Positions 59,121-64,000 of a DNA stretch of 64,000 nt are shown here, in pieces. The stretch lies in contig MU008179.1 in NCBI GenBank assembly GCA_010909165.1, positions 620,001 through 684,000 of the forward strand, written 5' to 3'. Position 1 is the first letter of the stretch. Every line of letters begins with the position of its first letter. Below the pieces are notes generated by a model. It ran no database searches. It was not told the DNA's origin and saw only the letters and a program-made list of their open reading frames with translations. The stretch comes from Anthoceros angustus (taxonomy: Eukaryota > Plantae > Anthocerotophyta). The position numbers and the translations under genes are program-made.

Positions 59121-60923
59121 GGTCAGGGCACGCAGCAACGGCATCGTGCCAGGTGGTTGCTGCTCTGCACTCGGTTTTGCCATCCCAGTTGCGCCCCAAG
59201 GGCCCCTACCTTACACGTCCACTTCCTCAACCTGGACCCGGACCTGGATCACATCACCATAACCGCTCTCTCACTCCCTTCCAAACCTCATTTCCACTCC
59301 ATATACATAAGGGTCCCGTAGACACTCCATTCTTTCTCCGGTTAGTGGTCAGGCAGATAGTCTAGCATGTACCGGGTTGGGTTGCTTGCTGCTAAGGTAG
59401 TTCAACACTACACGCAAGTTCCACGCATCCATCGCAGGATGTCACGTGCCGGTCACGTGGCTGGGCCTACCAAGAGACGTGGATATTCGCACTAGACACG
59501 AATCTTTTTCAAGTAAAAAATTTAATCTCAAGATAAATCGACCGACTCTCCACAGCCGATAAGCTCGAATATATAGATGCCGAGTCGTATATTCGACTAG
59601 TCCTTAATTCAAATTTTGAACGCGAGCTAAAGCTCGAATATGCCAAATACGATTAGAAGATGCGAGACTCGTCCCTAATTCAAATTTTGAATGCGCGCTA
59701 AAAGTCGAATATGCCAAATACCATTAGATGATCAGGCGGACCTGGATTAAAAACTTTTCAATCTTAAGCTGATACTGTATCTTGCAGCCTCTAGTATTCA
59801 TACCATGATTAACATATTTATGAGCTAATATATTTCTATAAAGAAATGAAAATATGCAGCGCACTGGAAGATGAGAAAGAGGTAGGGTCCTAGGACGGGA
59901 AGGCTCCTGGGAGGTGGAAGGGCACACACAAGGGTGGAGATGTCCGCCCCTGCAGTTACTTCGTCGACGATTTACGTTACGGACGTAGTAAGCTAATTCG
60001 GAAGTATCGCCCGGGAGTGGGGCAGGCAGGGTCCGGTGGAGCGCCAGATTCTTGGCCATGATGCCACTGTGCCTTTGGGCATTGCTAAGGCCGCCCCCTG
60101 GGAATAGGGCCATGCATACATTGAATGATCTGGTGGCCGTTGGTCGCGCGGCACCCACGCTAATTAATGGACCACCCAATCCCCAGCTAAAACCCGGGCC
60201 GCCCGGGCCTTGGATTTGCTAAATGTCAAAGCCAGCTCATCCGATTGTGGAGCGGGAGGCGAAGGGACTGGACTGGACGACTGGACCAGGCTGAAATGAA
60301 CAGTGATGCCTGCTGACGACTTTTTCAACTCCCTCCCAACTCCCAGCCCCCAGCTCGTCTCCGCTTCGCCCGGCAAGCCACTATTTCGCAAATGTTGATG
60401 AGGCGCCGGCTTCCAACCTCCGCCTCCAGCCTCCAGCCTGGCTGCCCCGCTAATGAGGCCATGCCCCAAGCCCACAGCAGTTACCACACCCGAATCAGAG
60501 GAAAAGAAAGAAGGATTCCTCCACTGTATCCGGGGCGGACCGGGGCGAGGGCAGGGCCACGAGCGCGCGAAACAGCCAGGGCAAGTTAGTTGCCCACCCT
60601 TCGTTTCCATTGAAGAAGATAGAACAACAATAACTGCAGGCGGCGTGGCAGAGACAGTAAAGAGCAGGAGGAAAGGAAAGGTTCTGAGAGGAGAGGAAAG
60701 AGAGGAGGAGAAGCGAGAAACGGATGAGGTATGGAAATCAAGCGAGGCGGACCTGTCTAGCGCTGGGACCTGGGACAGGGGGCTGGCCCTGGCTGCCTGG
60801 CTGCCTGGCAGTGGAGTGTGCACCTTGCTTTTCAGAGATTTTGATTTTGGTGTCGCTGGCTTCCTCGACCCCTTTTGCACTGGGACAGTTGGCTTCCTGC
60901 TTTCCGCGCGCCTCTTTATCTTT

Positions 60924-61505
60924 TCATTTCACAGCCGGGATGTACAGTACCGTCAAGAGTATGGAATGGGATGTATGTATGTATGTGAGAGGCGGAGGGG
61001 TCCCACGGCCACCGCCTCTGCCACTCCACAAGCACCACGGCGCGCCCTTCCATGCCCTCCTATCTACATAGAAAACGCTGTGAATTCGTGTATCAGGCAG
61101 GCAGGCCCTGCAGATTCCGCACCGACACCCATGCAGCATGGCATCGCTATCTAGTACCAGGCCACCTCCCCCCTGGGACCCTGCTGCTGCTGTGATGAGG
61201 GTTTGGAAGCTCCTGTTGATGGAGCTTGGAAGATCCTGCTCATCAGGCTTGGAGGCTGTGAAAAAACACAAGGCATCCTTGTCAACGCATCGTGAACTAC
61301 GAAAGTGCTGGAAAAGTTTGTGCACTCTCCATATGTGCTCTGCCACTGCCTCTGCCCCTCTGCCCCCTGCCCCTCTGCCCCTCTGCCCCTCTGCCCCTGT
61401 CCCTGCTCCTGCCGGAGCCGGTGCCGGTGCCGTTGCCCCCGCCCTTGCCCCTGCCCACTGCTGATGCATGTATGCGTGCAGGTACTGTATCATGGCCGCG
61501 TACAT
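60924..61505 (-). CDS. Hypothetical protein exon, family unknown
   Basis: 193-aa frame with a low-complexity Gly/Ala start and a globular-looking block EHIWRVHKLFQHFRSSRCVDKDALCFF...IHSVFYVDRRAWKG. It may splice to the basic ORF near 60700-60920. Confidence 0.4.
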   Translation of the reverse strand: MYAAMIQYLHAYMHQQWAGARAGATAPAPAPAGAGTGAEGQRGRGAGGRGAEAVAEHIWRVHKLFQHFRSSRCVDKDALCFFTASKPDEQDLPSSINRSFQTLITAAAGSQGGGGLVLDSDAMLHGCRCGICRACLPDTRIHSVFYVDRRAWKGAPWCLWSGRGGGRGTPPPLTYIHTSHSILLTVLYIPAVK

Positions 61506-61797
61506 ACAGCATCACGCTCGCTGTGTACGCAAAGATCTGGCCACTGACAAGATCCCTGAAATGCGCTACTTCTGCTCTCCTGAAGGCGAAGCGAGGGGAG
61601 AAGGGGAGCGCCCCCCCCGCTTTCTAACCCTAACCCGATGTTACTTCTTCTCTTGCACCGGCCGGGCTCCGAGCTCCTGCCTCCCGGACTCCCAGTCGCC
61701 CTGCCGCTGGCCTAGGGTTGTGGTAGAGACGATGGCATGCTCATGTTAAACATGTCAATTGCTGCCAGGTACAGCGTCGAGTTGAGTCGTGGCGTAA

Positions 61798-61902
61798 GCC
61801 GTGAGCCGCGAGCCGTGAGCCGTGAGCCGTGAGCCGTGAGCCGTAAGCCGTAAGCCGTAAGCCGTAAGGTGTGAGGTGAGCCGTGAGCCGTGAGCCGTGA
61901 GC
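61798..61902. repeat. 7-bp microsatellite (GCCGT[G/A]A)n
   Basis: About 13 units with one interruption. Confidence 0.9.
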
Positions 61903-63618
61903 GTACCCAGAATCCAGGGACCACGGCCCCGCAGCGGGAGCTGCCATTGCCATGGCCGGTGCCGGTGCCTTGCCGAGGTGACGGAGGTTCCTGCCGAGCC
62001 TCCAGTCTGCACTCCAGTGCGGCCCGTCATGTGAGCCCCCCAAGTGTCACGGGATGTGCAAGCGCTGCATTCGATGCCGTTCGCCCTTCGCTGTTACGCC
62101 CGCGCGCCCGCGTGTTCCTGTCTGACCGCCGAATCATCGGGTTGGATTCCCGATGATCATCGTTGTGCCTCTGCAACACCATACACAAACCCCTGCCAGA
62201 TAGCCGTAATCAAAACCATTGCCATCTCCCTTGCCATAGCCTTTGCCACTGCGGTAAGCCAGAACCTGCAGACCCTTTCCAGTGCCGATGCCGTTCCCAA
62301 GCCCTCATCCATCTCCCTTTCACCTGTCAAGGCCTCTCTTTCCCTTGCCATCGCCATTGCTGACGGCCATGCACACGCCAACTGACATGCATTGCCACGC
62401 TCCAAATCAAAAATCCACAACGCTGCGCACGCACTGCGAATTGCGAGCAACCACGACAGAGTCGTATCATTACCGACATCACCCTGTCCGCCTTCGCCCT
62501 GCCGCAACCTGCCCGTCATTCCTTCCCTCGGCAGTGGACAACTCCAGCAGTTTCAGTTTCGCCGCGGCTAAACTCGCGCAGTGAGTGCGTTTGGCCGACG
62601 TGGCATACTGCCGTGGAGGATGACTCTGGAACCGTGCGACGCTACGAAACGAAACGAACAGCCAGGCCGCTTGAATAATTTGAGAATCTCTCGAGCATCT
62701 GCCTCCATGGCTTGCTGGCTACGGCCCCTTCTTCAGGACCCTTCGTCAACACGCTTCCTTAGCTCTTGTGAGGCTGCCCACAATGGCTCAAGTTCATTTC
62801 TGAATTGAGCTCCGCATCTCCAGGCTGCAAATCGAGCCCAGGCTCGCTGCTATCACTTCCAGATTCCCGTCACTCACTTCATTTGCGCTCCTCTTCCTGC
62901 AAGGAGCCAGCAGCAACGCTTCTGTCTGCGACGTATACCACGACACAGCCAGGTATGGTTCACTCTCTGCTTCCCTTTGAGACTCCTTTCATCAGTCTGA
63001 TTAACTTTTGCCTCTTCGAGGATGTGAGAAACGTAGAGCAACAAGTCGGGCGGAACGCCAAGACATTTGCTCTGCTGCCTTCATGGTGCTCATTCTAATT
63101 TGGCAACACGATATCGGAACCACCGACAAGGCATCAGAGATCATGATAGTGATGGATTTCAGCTACTTGCTTCCTGAACCTGTGCTGTTGCTTGGAGTGC
63201 ACACCTCTGAAGGTACTTTAAGTACCCACACTAGCTCATACTGTCCTCATCTGACGTGCTCTGTTGCTCTCCCTTCGACATGTCTTGTCGTCAACAGGAA
63301 GGAGAAACCTTTCTTGAGGAGCCTGCAGCCAGCAAGGAGTCTTGAGCCAGAGTGTATCAGTTTTGGAAGGGGTATACACTTCTAGACTCTCTGAGCCTTC
63401 TCCCGCCTCCCTCTACTCTTCAAACATTTCTTGGAGGTCTTAGTTTGGACAGGATAGGCTTTGCCAGCATAACGACAGGAGGAACTGAAGCCAATGGCCC
63501 TCACAGGAACCAGCACACCACACGAGCTTATACTACGAAGGACCCAGTCTGAGGACGCACCTTAATACCACCTTCCAGCAGTCCATAGCCTAAGGACACA
63601 CACTAGAGCTGTACGACA

Positions 63619-64000
63619 ATGGCCAAATCATCTGGAGCATCTACCACGAGGTCTAACAAATCTAAGGAGGAAGAAGATGGTGGTGACAGTGAGTCGGAAG
63701 TGGAGGGACCCTTTGGAGGTTACAACACCGGTGCAATGCCACTCAGCCACCGAATTGGATACAAATGGCACCCTGTCATTCCAGTCCCTTATTGTACAGG
63801 ACGAGGGCCACATGCCTTCATCGACACAACCAAGGGAAGAAGATCTTCAAGCTCAGCAGCCCTTACAGCCAGGCTCCTTGCTAAATGGCATTATCACAGC
63901 GCCTGCAGTGTCGAAGGTCAAGAAGCCGAGCTCAAGCGAAGAGAGGATGCCTGTAACAAGTTCTACGCAGAAAGAGACAGAGTTATTGCAGAGGCCAGAC
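63619..64000 (+). CDS. ORF running off the window end, unknown (possibly transposon-associated)
   Basis: ATG at 63619 then 127 open codons (MAKSSGASTTRSNKSKEEEDGG...). No motif recognised. Confidence 0.3.
   Translation, partial: MAKSSGASTTRSNKSKEEEDGGDSESEVEGPFGGYNTGAMPLSHRIGYKWHPVIPVPYCTGRGPHAFIDTTKGRRSSSSAALTARLLAKWHYHSACSVEGQEAELKRREDACNKFYAERDRVIAEAR

Noticed and set aside
58333-59365. Several 200+ aa ORFs on both strands
   Set aside because: Produced by GC-rich simple repeats in the probable 5' UTR/promoter of the Munc13-like gene; no domain content.

Overview
Land-plant nuclear DNA with compact genes and short GT-AG introns, interleaved with AT-rich transposon-like islands. A DYW:KP-type PPR gene points to a seed-free plant with U-to-C organellar editing. 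The gene density and tandem germins fit a hornwort, but this is inference; a fern or lycophyte is not excluded. Genes I can support: two tandem germin-like genes (the first broken only by homopolymer deletions), an LRR receptor kinase with a WAK-like kinase domain, a PLS-PPR-E-DYW:KP editing factor with an N-terminal OSB-type PDF ssDNA-binding motif, SEC10, an intronless PLATZ-like gene plus a decayed copy, a pathogen-related (NTF2-like) protein, a prokaryote-type pyruvoyl-dependent arginine decarboxylase with spliceosomal introns, a plastid J-domain protein, a conserved membrane protein, a Munc13-like C2/MUN gene, and orphan ORFs. Mobile DNA: two Ty1/copia remnants, a TIR element in a germin promoter, a piggyBac transposase fragment, two related hAT derivatives and several tandem arrays. 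Family calls come from motif recognition by eye and splice models are hand-built; no database search was run.
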